Shown: positions 25,248-35,434 of the stretch, in pieces | How positions within the stretch are numbered: position 1 is the stretch's first letter | How the letters are laid out: the number at the start of each line of letters is the position of its first letter | Assembly (NCBI GenBank): GCA_963817955.1 | Contig: CAWFQK010000002.1 | Location: 640,001-704,000, forward strand | Direction of reading: 5' to 3' | DNA length: 64,000 nucleotides | DNA from: an uncultured Gemmatimonadaceae bacterium | GTDB lineage: Bacteria; Gemmatimonadota; Gemmatimonadetes; Gemmatimonadales; Gemmatimonadaceae | The notes under the pieces: generated by a model | What the model saw: only the letters and a program-made list of their open reading frames with translations | Databases searched by the model: none | What the model was told of the DNA's origin: nothing | Translations under genes and position numbers: made by a program

Positions 25248-28200
25248 TTACTCCTCGCTCCCATTGCCGTTGCCCGAGGTGCCCGTGTCGATGCCGGTTC
25301 CCCAAAATCCATCGACGCTTTGCCCCATCGTGACCTTGATGCCGAGAGCCTGCAATTCCTTCACGAGCACGTTGAACGACTCTGGGATGCCTGGCTCCGG
25401 AAGGTTCTGTCCCTTCACGATGGCCTCGTACACCCGACTGCGGCCGTTCACGTCGTCCGATTTTACCGTCAGAATTTCCTGCAACACGTGCGCAGCACCG
25501 TACGCTTCCAACGCCCACACTTCCATCTCTCCGAAACGCTGGCCGCCGAACTGTGCCTTTCCGGCGAGTGGCTGCTGCGTCACGAGTGAGTAGGGTCCGA
25601 TGCTCCGGGCGTGGATCTTGTCGTCGACCAGGTGGCTGAGCTTGAGCATATAGATCTCGCCAACGGTCACCGGCGACACGAACGTCTCGCCACTGCGACC
25701 GTCGCGCAGACGAACCTTTCCATACGGTGTGAGCCCGGCGAGGCGCATCAGATCCACCGCCGCCGCATCCACATCCGCTTCCGACTTCTTGCCGAGCATA
25801 CCGGCCAGTGCCGGCAGTTCCTGATCGTTCAACAGATCGGCCGGATCGAGCACACGGCGCTTCTCGAGCTGCTTCAGCGCCGCCTTGTATTCGGCACGCT
25901 TGGAGGCGGTCTGTGCTTCATCGTCCGCCCAGACCGTGTGGAATGCGATCTGGTTCTCGATCGCCAACTGCTCGCGCTCCGCCAGCTCCTTCGCCGCCGC
26001 GGCGAGGAAGTCACGAATGCGATGGTGGATGTCGCGCGTCTCCTGCGACATCGCCCGTGCGCCGAGCTCGTTGATCGACGCCGTTTCGAGACGTCTGAAC
26101 CGCTCCTCGTCACGCCGGAGATCAGGCTTGATGTCGGAGAGCAGCACGCGGATATCCGCGTCCGTGATCACCGGCGCCGGCGTGCGGAGCGCAAGCCCCT
26201 GCGCCGCCCACACGACTCCGGCCATCTTCAGCCCGAGTCCGATCTCGCGCTCGTTCGCGCCCTGGAACACCGGCGTCTTGGCGTAGAAGCCGAGCCGCTT
26301 TGCCACCCAACCCAGATGCGTCTCGAGGATCTGTCCCACGTTCATTCGGGACGGAACGCCGAGCGGGTTGAGCACGATGTCCACCGGACGGCCATCGGGA
26401 AGGAACGGCATGTCCTCCTCGGGCACGATGCGGGCGACGATACCCTTGTTGCCGTGGCGACCCGCCATCTTGTCGCCTACCGAGATCTTGCGCTTCTCGG
26501 CAAGGTAGACCTTGACGAGCTGAATGACGCCCGGCGGCAATTCATCAGGCTGCAGGATGCGATCGATCCGCTCCTCGGCCTTCTCCTCGATCTTGGCTTT
26601 CTCTTCGCTCGAGGCGTCGATGATCTGACGCACACGCTCGTTGACACGCTTGGCCTCGACGCGCAGCGTCTTGAGGTCGAGCGTGGACAGGCGCATCTCG
26701 CGCAGCATGGCCGACGTCACCTTCGTGCCCGCCGGAATTGCCTCTTCCACCGTGCCGCTCTTGAGCGCGAGCGCGATGGTCTGGCCGTCGAGGATCTCCA
26801 CCAGTTCGGAGTCGCGGACTTCGTTGACGCGAATCTTCTCGTCGCCCTCGAGCCGGCGGACCTCACCGATGCGCTCGCCGCGGTCCTTTTCCACCACCTG
26901 ATCTTCGATACGTGAGAAGATCTTCACGTCGATGACCACGCCTTCCATGCCGGGCGGCACCTTCAGCGACGAATCCTTCACGTCCTTCGCCTTTTCGCCG
27001 AAAATCGCCGTCAGCAGCTTTTCTTCCGGGGACAGCTCGGTCTCGCCCTTCGGCGTGATCTTGCCGACCAGAATGTCGCCTGGTTTCACGTGCGCGCCGA
27101 TGCGGACGATGCCGCGCTCGTCGAGGTCGAGTAGCGCTTCTTCCGACACGTTCGGAATTTCACGCGTGATCTCTTCCTGGCCGCGCTTGGTGTCGCGGAC
27201 GTGCAGCTCGAGCTCCTGGATGTGGATCGACGAATAGACGTCGTCCTTCACCAGACGCTCCGATAGCACGATCGCGTCTTCGAAATTATGTCCGTACCAC
27301 GGCATGAACGCCACGGTCACGTTCGCGCCCAGCGCCAACTGACCCTGTTCGGTCGCGGCGCCGTCGGCCAGCACGTCGCCGGGATTGACACTCTGGCCCT
27401 GGCGCACGAGAGGGCGCTGGTTGATGGCCGTGTCTTGATTGGTTCTCCAATATTTCTTCAGGCGGTAGCGGTCGTGCTGCGTAAGTCGCGCCAGCGGACG
27501 ATCGCCTGACCCCTCACTTTCCCTCTTCATGACCGGACCGGCATCGACGATGATCTCGTCTGCCGTCACGCGCGACACGATGCCGGCACGGCGTGCGATG
27601 ACAACCGCACCCGAATCCTTGGCGACTTTTTCCTCCAGCCCCGTGCCGACGAGCGGCGTGCGCGGATTGAGGAGCGGCACCGCCTGGCGCTGCATGTTCG
27701 AGCCCATCAACGCGCGGTTGGCGTCGTCGTGCTCGAGGAACGGGATGAGCGCCGCGGCGATCGAGACGAGCTGCTCGGGCGCGACATCCATGTAATCGAT
27801 GCGATCCCTGGCGACGAGCGGCACGTCACCCTGTTGACGGGCGAGCACGAGATCGTCGAGGAATTCGTCGTTCTCACCGAGACGCGAGTTCGCCTGCGCG
27901 ATGATGGCGTCTTCTTCCTTGTTTGCGTCGAGCCAGGCGATCTCGTTGAGCACCCGACCGTTCTTCACGATGCGGTACGGCGTCTCCACGAAGCCGAGGT
28001 CGTTGACGCGCGCGTAGCACGCCAGCGACGTGATCAGGCCGATGTTCGGACCTTCCGGCGTTTCGATAGGGCACATGCGGCCATACTGCGAGTAATGCAC
28101 ATCGCGCACTTCGAAGCCGGCGCGCTCGCGTGTCAGACCACCCGGTCCAAGCGCCGAGAGGCGACGCTTGTGCGTCAGCTCGGACAGCGGATTCGTCTGA

Positions 28201-29858
28201 TCCATGAACTGCGATAGCTGAGACGATCCGAAGAACGCCTGGATCACCGCGCTCACCGTACGCGCGTTGACGAGATCGTCGAGCGAGATCTTTTCCGGAT
28301 CGGTGTTGATCGACATGCGCTCCTTGACCAGGCGCGCCATGCGGGACAAACCGACGGAGAACTGGTTGGCGATGAGCTCGCCCACCGAGCGAATACGGCG
28401 GTTGCCGAGGTGGTCGATGTCGTCCACGTGGCCGCGTCCTTCGTGCAACTCCACGAGGTAGCGGACGATCTCGACGAAATCTTCCTTCGACAACACCGTG
28501 TAATCGGCCGGCATCATCATGCCGAGCCGCTGATTGATCTTGTAGCGGCCAACGCGGCCGAGGTCATAGCGCTTGGGCGAGAAGAAGAGGCGCTCGAGCG
28601 CCTGCTTTGCCGTCGTCGCATCAGGGGCGTCACCCGGCCGGAGCAGCGCATAGATCTGCGACAACGACTCCTTCTCGCTGTGCGTCGGATCCTTGAGCAA
28701 CGTGTTCTTGATCAGCGTCGATTCGGCGCGGCCTGAAGCGACAAATACGCTCACCTTGGTGACGTCGGCCTTACGAATCTTCTTGATCACCGCATCGGTC
28801 AGGTTCTGGCCGACCTCGGCGATCAATTCGCCATCGCTATCGACAACATCGACGGCGAGCTGTCGGCGGACCGGACGCTCCCCGCGTTCGATGGCATCAG
28901 ACTCGTCGCGAAGGTCGATCTTCATGTGCGACGCGAAGACCTTGATCGTATCGATATTCTGACGGCGGAGTCGGTTGAACACCTCTTCCGTCAGTTCGTC
29001 GCCTTCCTTGACGAGCATCACGTTCTCGGACCGCTCGCGCTCAGCCTTCGCCTTCTTGGTCCGCGCCTTCGGCGCGTCCTCGGCGGTGGTTTCACCCGGC
29101 AGCGCAATATCTTCGGCGATGATGGCGCCAATGACTTCGCGCACGTCGGTGCGGCTCTCACGCTTCTTGGTGAGATCCAGATCGCGCGTGGCGAAAAACA
29201 GCCGGAGGATATCCGAGTTGGAGCCGTAGCCGAACGCGCGCAAGAGCGCGGTGGCCGGGAATTTCTTCTTCTTGTCGATATGGACGTAGACGACGTCATG
29301 GATATCGACGGTGAACTCCACCCACGAGCCGCGGAACGGAATGATGCGCGCCGAGATGAGGCGCTGACCGTTCGGGTGCGTGGATTCCTCGAAAACGACG
29401 CCCGGGGAGCGATGGAGTTGGCTGACGATTACGCGCTCGGCCCCGTTGATGACGAAGGTTCCGAGTGGCGTGAGCAGCGGCAGCTCACCGAGATAAACCT
29501 CCTTCTCGATGATATTGCGCGGACGCTTCTGCTCGTTGACCACTTCATTGATGACGAGTTGCAGCGTCGCCTTCAACGGAGCGGAATAGGTCATGTCCCG
29601 CTCGATGCACTCCTCGACGGTGTATTTGGGCTCACCGAGGGAGTAGCGGACGAACTCGAGCGAGAAGTTTTCGTGGACGTCGGTGATCGGGAACAGGTCC
29701 TTGAAGACCCGTTCGAGGCCGATGTCCTCGCGGTCATGGGAAGCCGCATCGAGCTGGAGCAGCGCCTCGAAGGCGCGCGTCTGGATATCCAGGAGGTGGG
29801 GCATTTCCATCCCCTGGTCCAGCTTCCCAAAAGAAATTTGCTTGATCGATTCAGACAT
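25248..29858 (-). CDS. rpoB: RNA polymerase beta subunit with lineage-specific insertions
   Basis: SQLSQFMDQTNPLSELTHKRR, GDKMAGRHGNKG, GGQRFGEMEVW. Confidence 0.99.
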   Translation of the reverse strand: MSESIKQISFGKLDQGMEMPHLLDIQTRAFEALLQLDAASHDREDIGLERVFKDLFPITDVHENFSLEFVRYSLGEPKYTVEECIERDMTYSAPLKATLQLVINEVVNEQKRPRNIIEKEVYLGELPLLTPLGTFVINGAERVIVSQLHRSPGVVFEESTHPNGQRLISARIIPFRGSWVEFTVDIHDVVYVHIDKKKKFPATALLRAFGYGSNSDILRLFFATRDLDLTKKRESRTDVREVIGAIIAEDIALPGETTAEDAPKARTKKAKAERERSENVMLVKEGDELTEEVFNRLRRQNIDTIKVFASHMKIDLRDESDAIERGERPVRRQLAVDVVDSDGELIAEVGQNLTDAVIKKIRKADVTKVSVFVASGRAESTLIKNTLLKDPTHSEKESLSQIYALLRPGDAPDATTAKQALERLFFSPKRYDLGRVGRYKINQRLGMMMPADYTVLSKEDFVEIVRYLVELHEGRGHVDDIDHLGNRRIRSVGELIANQFSVGLSRMARLVKERMSINTDPEKISLDDLVNARTVSAVIQAFFGSSQLSQFMDQTNPLSELTHKRRLSALGPGGLTRERAGFEVRDVHYSQYGRMCPIETPEGPNIGLITSLACYARVNDLGFVETPYRIVKNGRVLNEIAWLDANKEEDAIIAQANSRLGENDEFLDDLVLARQQGDVPLVARDRIDYMDVAPEQLVSIAAALIPFLEHDDANRALMGSNMQRQAVPLLNPRTPLVGTGLEEKVAKDSGAVVIARRAGIVSRVTADEIIVDAGPVMKRESEGSGDRPLARLTQHDRYRLKKYWRTNQDTAINQRPLVRQGQSVNPGDVLADGAATEQGQLALGANVTVAFMPWYGHNFEDAIVLSERLVKDDVYSSIHIQELELHVRDTKRGQEEITREIPNVSEEALLDLDERGIVRIGAHVKPGDILVGKITPKGETELSPEEKLLTAIFGEKAKDVKDSSLKVPPGMEGVVIDVKIFSRIEDQVVEKDRGERIGEVRRLEGDEKIRVNEVRDSELVEILDGQTIALALKSGTVEEAIPAGTKVTSAMLREMRLSTLDLKTLRVEAKRVNERVRQIIDASSEEKAKIEEKAEERIDRILQPDELPPGVIQLVKVYLAEKRKISVGDKMAGRHGNKGIVARIVPEEDMPFLPDGRPVDIVLNPLGVPSRMNVGQILETHLGWVAKRLGFYAKTPVFQGANEREIGLGLKMAGVVWAAQGLALRTPAPVITDADIRVLLSDIKPDLRRDEERFRRLETASINELGARAMSQETRDIHHRIRDFLAAAAKELAEREQLAIENQIAFHTVWADDEAQTASKRAEYKAALKQLEKRRVLDPADLLNDQELPALAGMLGKKSEADVDAAAVDLMRLAGLTPYGKVRLRDGRSGETFVSPVTVGEIYMLKLSHLVDDKIHARSIGPYSLVTQQPLAGKAQFGGQRFGEMEVWALEAYGAAHVLQEILTVKSDDVNGRSRVYEAIVKGQNLPEPGIPESFNVLVKELQALGIKVTMGQSVDGFWGTGIDTGTSGNGNGSEE

Positions 29859-29878
29859 TGTTCACCCGGGCACAGGCG

Positions 29879-29938
29879 AAAAAACGGCCAGGCCCCGGAG
29901 GTCTGCGATTTCAAGAATCGCGACCGTCGGGGCGGCCG
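29879..29938 (-). terminator. Attenuator-like terminator in the rplL-rpoB spacer
   Basis: Minus strand CGGCCGCCCCG..GCGATT-CTTGA-AATCGC..CGGGGCCTGGCCG followed by TTTTTT. Confidence 0.65.
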
Positions 29939-30004
29939 AACTGCACGAATTAGAAGTGATGCGAGAAAAAGTCGCTTTCACGTAGGCGCTCGCAGAAGGA
30001 AGTG

Positions 30005-30100
30005 AGAGGCTAGAGGCTGGACGCTAGTCGCTGGTGAAACGGAGGTGATTCATCTGAACTCCTGCCGCTCGTCCAGCGTCTAGCGTCCAGCGACTAACGT
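30005..30100. repeat. Inverted heptamer-repeat hairpin directly after rplL
   Basis: GGCTAGA GGCTGGA CGCTAGT CGCTGG ... CCAGCGT CTAGCGT CCAGCGA CTAACGT. Confidence 0.7.
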
Positions 30101-30101
30101 C

Positions 30102-30491
30102 TTACTTCACTTCGACGGTCGCGCCCTGCTCTTCCAGCTTGGCCTTGAGGGAAGCGGCTTCGTCCTTTGAAACACCGCCCTTCACGCTCTGCGGCGCGCC
30201 ATCGACCAAATCCTTGGCTTCCTTCAGGCCAAGACCGGTGATCTCACGCACGACCTTGATGACCTGGATCTTCTTGGCGCCGGCTTCCTTGAGGACGACG
30301 TCGAATTCGGTCTGCTCTTCGGCCACAGGCGCGGCAACAGCGCCGCCAGCCGCGGGCGCACCGCCCATTGGGGCGGCCGAGATGGTGACGTTGAACTTGG
30401 TCTTGAATGCTTCAATCAGCTCGGAGAGTTCGAAGACGGACATGTTGCCGATCACGTCGAGGATCTCGTCCTTGCTCATAGTCGTAGCCAT
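30102..30491 (-). CDS. rplL: 50S ribosomal protein L7/L12
   Basis: [33 protein letters not shown]. Confidence 0.97.
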   Translation of the reverse strand: MATTMSKDEILDVIGNMSVFELSELIEAFKTKFNVTISAAPMGGAPAAGGAVAAPVAEEQTEFDVVLKEAGAKKIQVIKVVREITGLGLKEAKDLVDGAPQSVKGGVSKDEAASLKAKLEEQGATVEVK

Positions 30492-30574
30492 GATGGTAAT
30501 TCTCCTGGTGTTGTGAAAAGTCGGTCAAACGATGGATCGGTCAGGTACTACAACTGTCGGTCGCTGACCGACTT

Positions 30575-31090
30575 TCACGCCCCTTCGCGCTGCGTGCGCA
30601 GCCCGTCGAGCGCTCCTGCGAACATGTACAGCAGGCTGTTCATGGCGCCCGCGAAGGCGGCCATCGGAGCCTGCATGCTGGCGCCCAACTCCGCGAGCAT
30701 TTGCTCGCGCGAGGGCATCGAAGCCAGCTTGGTCACCTGGGCGGGATCGATCGCCTTCCCTTCGAATACTCCGCCCTTTACCACCGGCTTCGCGTCGTTG
30801 GCTTTCGCGAAATCAGTGATGATCTTTGCCGCGCCGATCGGATCCTTCGTAACCACTAGGCCGGTCGGACCGCGCAGCCGCTCGCCCACCAAGCCGCTCT
30901 CGTTCACGGCGCGCAGCGCGAGGGTGTTCTTAATAACGACGTACTCCACGTTCGACTTCCGGAGCGCCCGACGGAGTGCCGTCATGCGCTTCACGTTGAG
31001 TCCCGTGAAATCCGTGTAATAGAGCGCCGTGGCGCCCTCGATTTTCGTCTTCAGCTCGGCGACGAGCTGCTCTTTCTCGGCTCTCTTCAT
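30575..31090 (-). CDS. rplJ: 50S ribosomal protein L10
   Basis: DFTGLNV, VIKNTLA, LASMPSREQMLA. Confidence 0.95.
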   Translation of the reverse strand: MKRAEKEQLVAELKTKIEGATALYYTDFTGLNVKRMTALRRALRKSNVEYVVIKNTLALRAVNESGLVGERLRGPTGLVVTKDPIGAAKIITDFAKANDAKPVVKGGVFEGKAIDPAQVTKLASMPSREQMLAELGASMQAPMAAFAGAMNSLLYMFAGALDGLRTQREGA

Positions 31091-31093
31091 GTC

Positions 31094-31786
31094 CTAGCCC
31101 CGGTACGGGTTGGTGTCGATCGTGACGCCCGGGCCCATGGTGCTCGACACGGAGACGTTCTGGACGTACACGCCCTTGGCCGCTGACGGCCGGGCACGAA
31201 CGATCTGATCCATGAAGGCGGTGAAGTTGGTCTCCAGCGCCTCGACGCCGAACGAGACCTTGCCGATTGGGGCGTGCACGTTGCCCGCCTTGTCGACGCG
31301 GAACTCGATCTTGCCAGCCTTGGTCTCGCGCACCGCCGTGCCGACGTTGAACGTCACCGTCCCTGCCTTCGGGTTGGGCATCAGTCCGCGCGGTCCGAGT
31401 ACTCGACCGAGTTGACCGAGTTGGCCCATCTGGTCGGGCGTCGCGATGAGGACGTCGAAATCGAGCCACCCATCCTTGATCTTCTGGATGAACTCGACGC
31501 CAACGAAATCCGCACCAGCATCCTGTGCTTCGCGCGCCTTGTCGCCGGCGGCGATCACGAGCACACGCACCGACTTTCCGGTACCGGCCGGCAGCACGAC
31601 CGTGCCGCGCACGACTTGATCGGCGTGGCGGGGATCGACTCCAAGGCGCACCGCGATCTCGACGGTCTCGTCGAACTTGGCGAAGGCCGACTGCTTGACG
31701 ATCTCCAGCGCCTGACGGGGCTGGTAGATCGTGGCGATGTCGCGAAGCTTCGCCGCGTTGTTGTACTTCTTGCCGTGAGCGCGCAT
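31094..31786 (-). CDS. rplA: 50S ribosomal protein L1
   Basis: [30 protein letters not shown]. Confidence 0.97.
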   Translation of the reverse strand: MRAHGKKYNNAAKLRDIATIYQPRQALEIVKQSAFAKFDETVEIAVRLGVDPRHADQVVRGTVVLPAGTGKSVRVLVIAAGDKAREAQDAGADFVGVEFIQKIKDGWLDFDVLIATPDQMGQLGQLGRVLGPRGLMPNPKAGTVTFNVGTAVRETKAGKIEFRVDKAGNVHAPIGKVSFGVEALETNFTAFMDQIVRARPSAAKGVYVQNVSVSSTMGPGVTIDTNPYRG

Positions 31787-32208
31787 CAGTCCACGACCTC
31801 CATCCCCATCGAACGTGCCGCGCCGGCGATCATCGCCATCGCGGACTCGATCGAATCGCAGTTGAGATCCGGCATTTTCAGCTCGGCGATCTTGCGGACC
31901 TGCGCACGCGTGACGCGGCCGATCTTGTTGCGGTTCGGCTGGCCTGATCCCTTCTCGATGCCCGCTTCTTTCTTCAATAGGATCGCCGCAGGCGGCGTCT
32001 TCGTGATGAACGAGAAGGACTTATCCGAGAAGATCGTGATCTCGACCGGGAGAATCGTATCCTGGCCCTGCGTGCGAGCGTTGAACTCTTTGCAGAAGGC
32101 CATGATGTTGATGCCCTGCGGACCAAGCGCCGTACCCACTGGAGGGGCCGGATTGGCTTTGCCCGCGGGGATCTGCAGCTTGACGAACCCCGTGACTTTC
32201 TTTGCCAT
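31786..32208 (-). CDS. rplK: 50S ribosomal protein L11
   Basis: [26 protein letters not shown]. Confidence 0.97.
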   Translation of the reverse strand: MAKKVTGFVKLQIPAGKANPAPPVGTALGPQGINIMAFCKEFNARTQGQDTILPVEITIFSDKSFSFITKTPPAAILLKKEAGIEKGSGQPNRNKIGRVTRAQVRKIAELKMPDLNCDSIESAMAMIAGAARSMGMEVVD

Positions 32209-32297
32209 AGTACTCCTGACTGAATTCCGCCGTGTAGCGGTCGTTCTCCCACGGTGTGATTAGAGTCGTCGTGGTATCCGACCTCGTGCGAACCCGC

Positions 32298-32843
32298 TCA
32301 ATACGCCTTCAACTGCAGGTAATCCAACTCCACCGACGTCGGGCGTCCGAAGAGCGACACAGACACCCGCACCTTACCCTTGTCCGCCATCACTTCTTCG
32401 ACCGTGCCGTTGAAATCGGTGAACGGTCCTTCGGTGATCGCCACTGCCTGACCCACCATGAACGGGATCTCCTCGCGAGGCACTTCTGCCTCCGCCTCGT
32501 CGGCGATTCCGAGAAGCCGATTCACCTCGTCTGGACGCAACGGTTGCGGGAGCCGCGAATCATGCCCCACGAACTTGATGACGCCCTGGATTCCATTTAC
32601 GACGTGCGCCGTCTCCTGGTTCAGATCCATCTCGACCAGCACATAGCCGGGATAGAGCTTCCGTTCCACCGTGACCTTCTTGCCGTTCTTGATCTCCACC
32701 ACTTCCTGCGTCGGCACGAGCGCCTGGCGGATCGAACGATCTGCAGCCGGGCGTGCGTCGCCTTCGATCTTCCGCTGAATCAGCGTGCGAACTTTGTTTT
32801 CGTGACCGGCCGTCGTCTGGATCGCGTACCAACGGTGTTCCAT
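32298..32843 (-). CDS. nusG: Transcription termination/antitermination factor NusG
   Basis: WYAIQT..GHENKV, YPGYVLVEM, KOW GPFTDFNG, FGRPTSVEL. Confidence 0.97.
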   Translation of the reverse strand: MEHRWYAIQTTAGHENKVRTLIQRKIEGDARPAADRSIRQALVPTQEVVEIKNGKKVTVERKLYPGYVLVEMDLNQETAHVVNGIQGVIKFVGHDSRLPQPLRPDEVNRLLGIADEAEAEVPREEIPFMVGQAVAITEGPFTDFNGTVEEVMADKGKVRVSVSLFGRPTSVELDYLQLKAY

Positions 32844-32847
32844 GAAT

Positions 32848-33108
32848 TCAGCGCCCCGTGAAGAGCGATGGAATCGCCTTGATCAGAATGCCCTGCAGGA
32901 CGAAGTCGAGGATCGTGATGAACAATCCGAGGACGAGCACGAAGATGATGATCGCCACCGTCGCCGACCGAACCTGCGGGAAGTCGGGCCACGTCACCTT
33001 GCGCATCTCTGCCATGACGCCCTGATAGAACGTCATGACACGGCTCCCCATGCCCGGCGTACTGCCCGAGCCTCCTGGCCCACCAGGACGAGCGACGGCG
33101 TCGGCCAT
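32848..33108 (-). CDS. secE: Preprotein translocase SecE
   Basis: EMRKVTWP followed by one TM helix; upstream of nusG. Confidence 0.95.
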   Translation of the reverse strand: MADAVARPGGPGGSGSTPGMGSRVMTFYQGVMAEMRKVTWPDFPQVRSATVAIIIFVLVLGLFITILDFVLQGILIKAIPSLFTGR

Positions 33109-33260
33109 TACTTGGTTTCCTTATGAACCTGATGCTTGTTGCAACGCGGACAGTACTTCTTCCACTCGACGCGCTCTGGGTGCAGGCGCTTGTTCTTTGT
33201 GGTGAAGTAATTGCGATTCTTACAGTCGCTGCACGCGAGAATGATCTTGTCTCTGGGCAT
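33108..33260 (-). CDS. rpmG: 50S ribosomal protein L33 (zinc type; not in ORF track)
   Basis: Own translation [50 protein letters not shown]. Confidence 0.97.
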   Translation of the reverse strand: MPRDKIILACSDCKNRNYFTTKNKRLHPERVEWKKYCPRCNKHQVHKETK

Positions 33261-33403
33261 TGCTGTACTTCAGGGTTTAAGGTTTGGGGGCAAAAGGTCT
33301 AGGAAGAGCCGCGCGGCGCGCGTCGGGAGAGGACACGACGAAGTGGCGCGCTAGTGCGCGCCACTCCGAGATTCGAACCCTCGACCTAAACCCTGTCTGT
33401 CAG

Positions 33404-33476
33404 AGCTGACGACCGGGATTGAACCGGTGACCTCACCCTTACCAAGGGTGTGCTCTACCAACTGAGCTACGTCAGC
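33404..33476 (-). tRNA. tRNA-Thr(GGT)
   Basis: GCTGACG acceptor, CACCCTT-GGT-AAGGGTG anticodon region, GGTTCAATCC T-arm; 73 nt, no encoded CCA. Confidence 0.95.
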
Positions 33477-33536
33477 GAACATGTGATCTCTCTTCAGTCC
33501 TGCCTCGTACTACCCAACCGTCAATCCGTTCCAAAG

Positions 33537-33609
33537 AGCGGGAGACGGGGCTCGAACCCGCGACATCAAGCTTGGAAGGCTTGCGCTCTACCAGCTGAGC
33601 TACTCCCGC
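33537..33609 (-). tRNA. tRNA-Gly(TCC)
   Basis: GCGGGAG acceptor, CAAGC-CTTCCAA-GCTTG anticodon arm, GGTTCGAGCC. Confidence 0.95.
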
Positions 33610-33668
33610 ATACCTGCTCCCTACTCCCGGCCGCATCTCACATCACACCGATCTGCAGGCCACCCAAA

Positions 33669-33753
33669 TGGTGGGGGAAGGATTCGAACCTTCGTAGGGC
33701 GTTAACCCGGCAGATTTACAGTCTGCTGCCATTAGCCACTCGACCACCCCACC
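33669..33753 (-). tRNA. tRNA-Tyr(GTA)
   Basis: GGTGGGG acceptor, GCAGA-CTGTAAA-TCTGC anticodon arm, long variable arm, 85 nt. Confidence 0.95.
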
Positions 33754-33821
33754 GGATGTTCGCACGTCCTATCAACTGCCACTCCCCATCGCGGTGACGA
33801 GTCACCTGCACCCAACTCCAG

Positions 33822-33894
33822 AGCTGACGGCCAGAATCGAACTGGCAACCGCCTGATTACAAATCAGGTGCTCTGCCAATTGAGCTACGTCAGC
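33822..33894 (-). tRNA. tRNA-Thr(TGT)
   Basis: GCTGACG acceptor, CCTGA-TTTGTAA-TCAGG anticodon arm, GTTCGATT. Confidence 0.95.
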
Positions 33895-33921
33895 AGACAG
33901 GCAATTTTGCGCGAGACTCTT

Positions 33922-33950
33922 AGGATAAGTGAGGCCGGAAACGCTGTCAA
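33922..33950 (-). promoter_or_regulatory. sigma70-type promoter for the tRNA-rpmG-secE-nusG unit
   Basis: TTGACA-17 nt-TATCCT. Confidence 0.75.
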
Positions 33951-33991
33951 GCCGCGCTGCGACGGGGGGTTAGCGGCTGCCTAACCAATGG

Positions 33992-35403
33992 CTACCGAAC
34001 AGACTTCCATTTCGTCCCCCCCGGCGTGTCCTCGATCGCAATCCCGCGCGCCGTCAAGTCGCCGCGAATCCGGTCCGCCTCGGCGAAATCCCGCTTCTCC
34101 CGCGCCGCTCGCCGAGCCGCAAGTCGCTCCTCCACCCATCCCGACAACGCCGGATCCTCGACCATCCGGTCCGGCACGATATCCAAGATTCCTTTGATCA
34201 ACGCGAAGCCTTTGCGCGCCCGCTCGAGCGCCTCAGTATCCCCCCCCGCCTGTCCAACTCGGCGTTCGCTCGCGTGATGAACGTGAACATCCCTGCCAAG
34301 GCGCTCGGCGCGTTCAGGTCGTCGAATAGTGCAGCCTCGACCTCGGCTACCGCCACATCCGCCGCCCGAGCAAGCTCCGCCGTTCCACCGCTCGCCGTCG
34401 CCAACCGCTCAGCAAAATCCCCGACGCGGCGCACCGCGTTGATCGATGCCTCCAGCGCATCCTCGGAAAGGTTGAGCTCCTTCCGATAATGGGTGTTGAA
34501 GACGAAATGCCGAACAGCCGCGGCCGAGATGTGTGCCTCGCGCATCCCCTGCACCGTTGTCACGTTCCCGAGACGCTTGGCCATCTTGGTGCCTTCCGTG
34601 AGCAAGAAAGCACCATGGCACCAGAAACGTGAGAACGTCGCGCCCGTTGCAGCCTCGGATTGGGCGATCTCGTCCTCATGGTGTGGAAAGATCAGGTCGA
34701 TGCCGCCGCAGTGGATATCGAGCGTATCGCCGAGCAGGTCGAGCGCCATCGCGGAGCACTCGAGGTGCCATCCGGGCCGGCCGCGGCCCCACGGAGAGTC
34801 CCACGCCGCGCCCGCTGCTTCATCCTCCGGCTTGGCCGCTTTCCACAGCGCGAAGTCCTGCGCGTTCTCCTTGGTGTAATCGTCTTGCGCCACACGCGCG
34901 CCCGACTTCACCTCCCGCGTGTCGAGCCGTGACAGCTTGCCGTAGCCCGCGAAACGGTCGATCGCGAAGTACACTGAATGATCGTCGGCGACGTAGGCCA
35001 CGCCACGCTCAATGAGCCGCTCGACGAGCGAGATCATCTGCGGCACGTACTCCGTCGCCTTCGGATACGCCTCCGCGGGCTCGATCCGCAGATATTCGCG
35101 GTCCTCGTGAAAGATCTTCGTCACCGGTTCGGTGACTTCGCGGATCGTCTTGCCCTGCTCGTGCGCGCGGCGGATGATCTTGTCGTCCACGTCCGTCAGG
35201 TTCATCACCTGACGCACCCCCCAGCCGCGGAGCCGCAGCGCGCGCCGCAACAGATCGCTGAACAGAAACGTGCGAAAGTTTCCGAGGTGCGCCGGATTGT
35301 AGACTGTCGGCCCGCAGCTATAGATGCGAACGGTTTTCCCATCGGCTGGCGCGAACGGCTCCACCGAGCGGGTCATCGTGTTGAACAAGCGAAAATCGGG
35401 CAT
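33992..35403 (-). CDS. cysS: Cysteine--tRNA ligase, frameshifted at a G8 run (34240-34247); probably a sequencing error
   Basis: [40 protein letters not shown]; the C-terminal R..AR..RDF..AD.IR..L...GI.IED anticodon domain is in the adjacent frame. Confidence 0.9.
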
Positions 35404-35434
35404 CGATCTCGGTGTGCGGGACGGTTTGTGAATG

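Noticed and set aside
33343..33394. Possible tRNA-Trp remnant (GGTCGAGGGTTCGAATCTC on the minus strand)
   Set aside because: No acceptor or anticodon arms; better explained as one arm of the local AGGGTTT-type inverted repeat.
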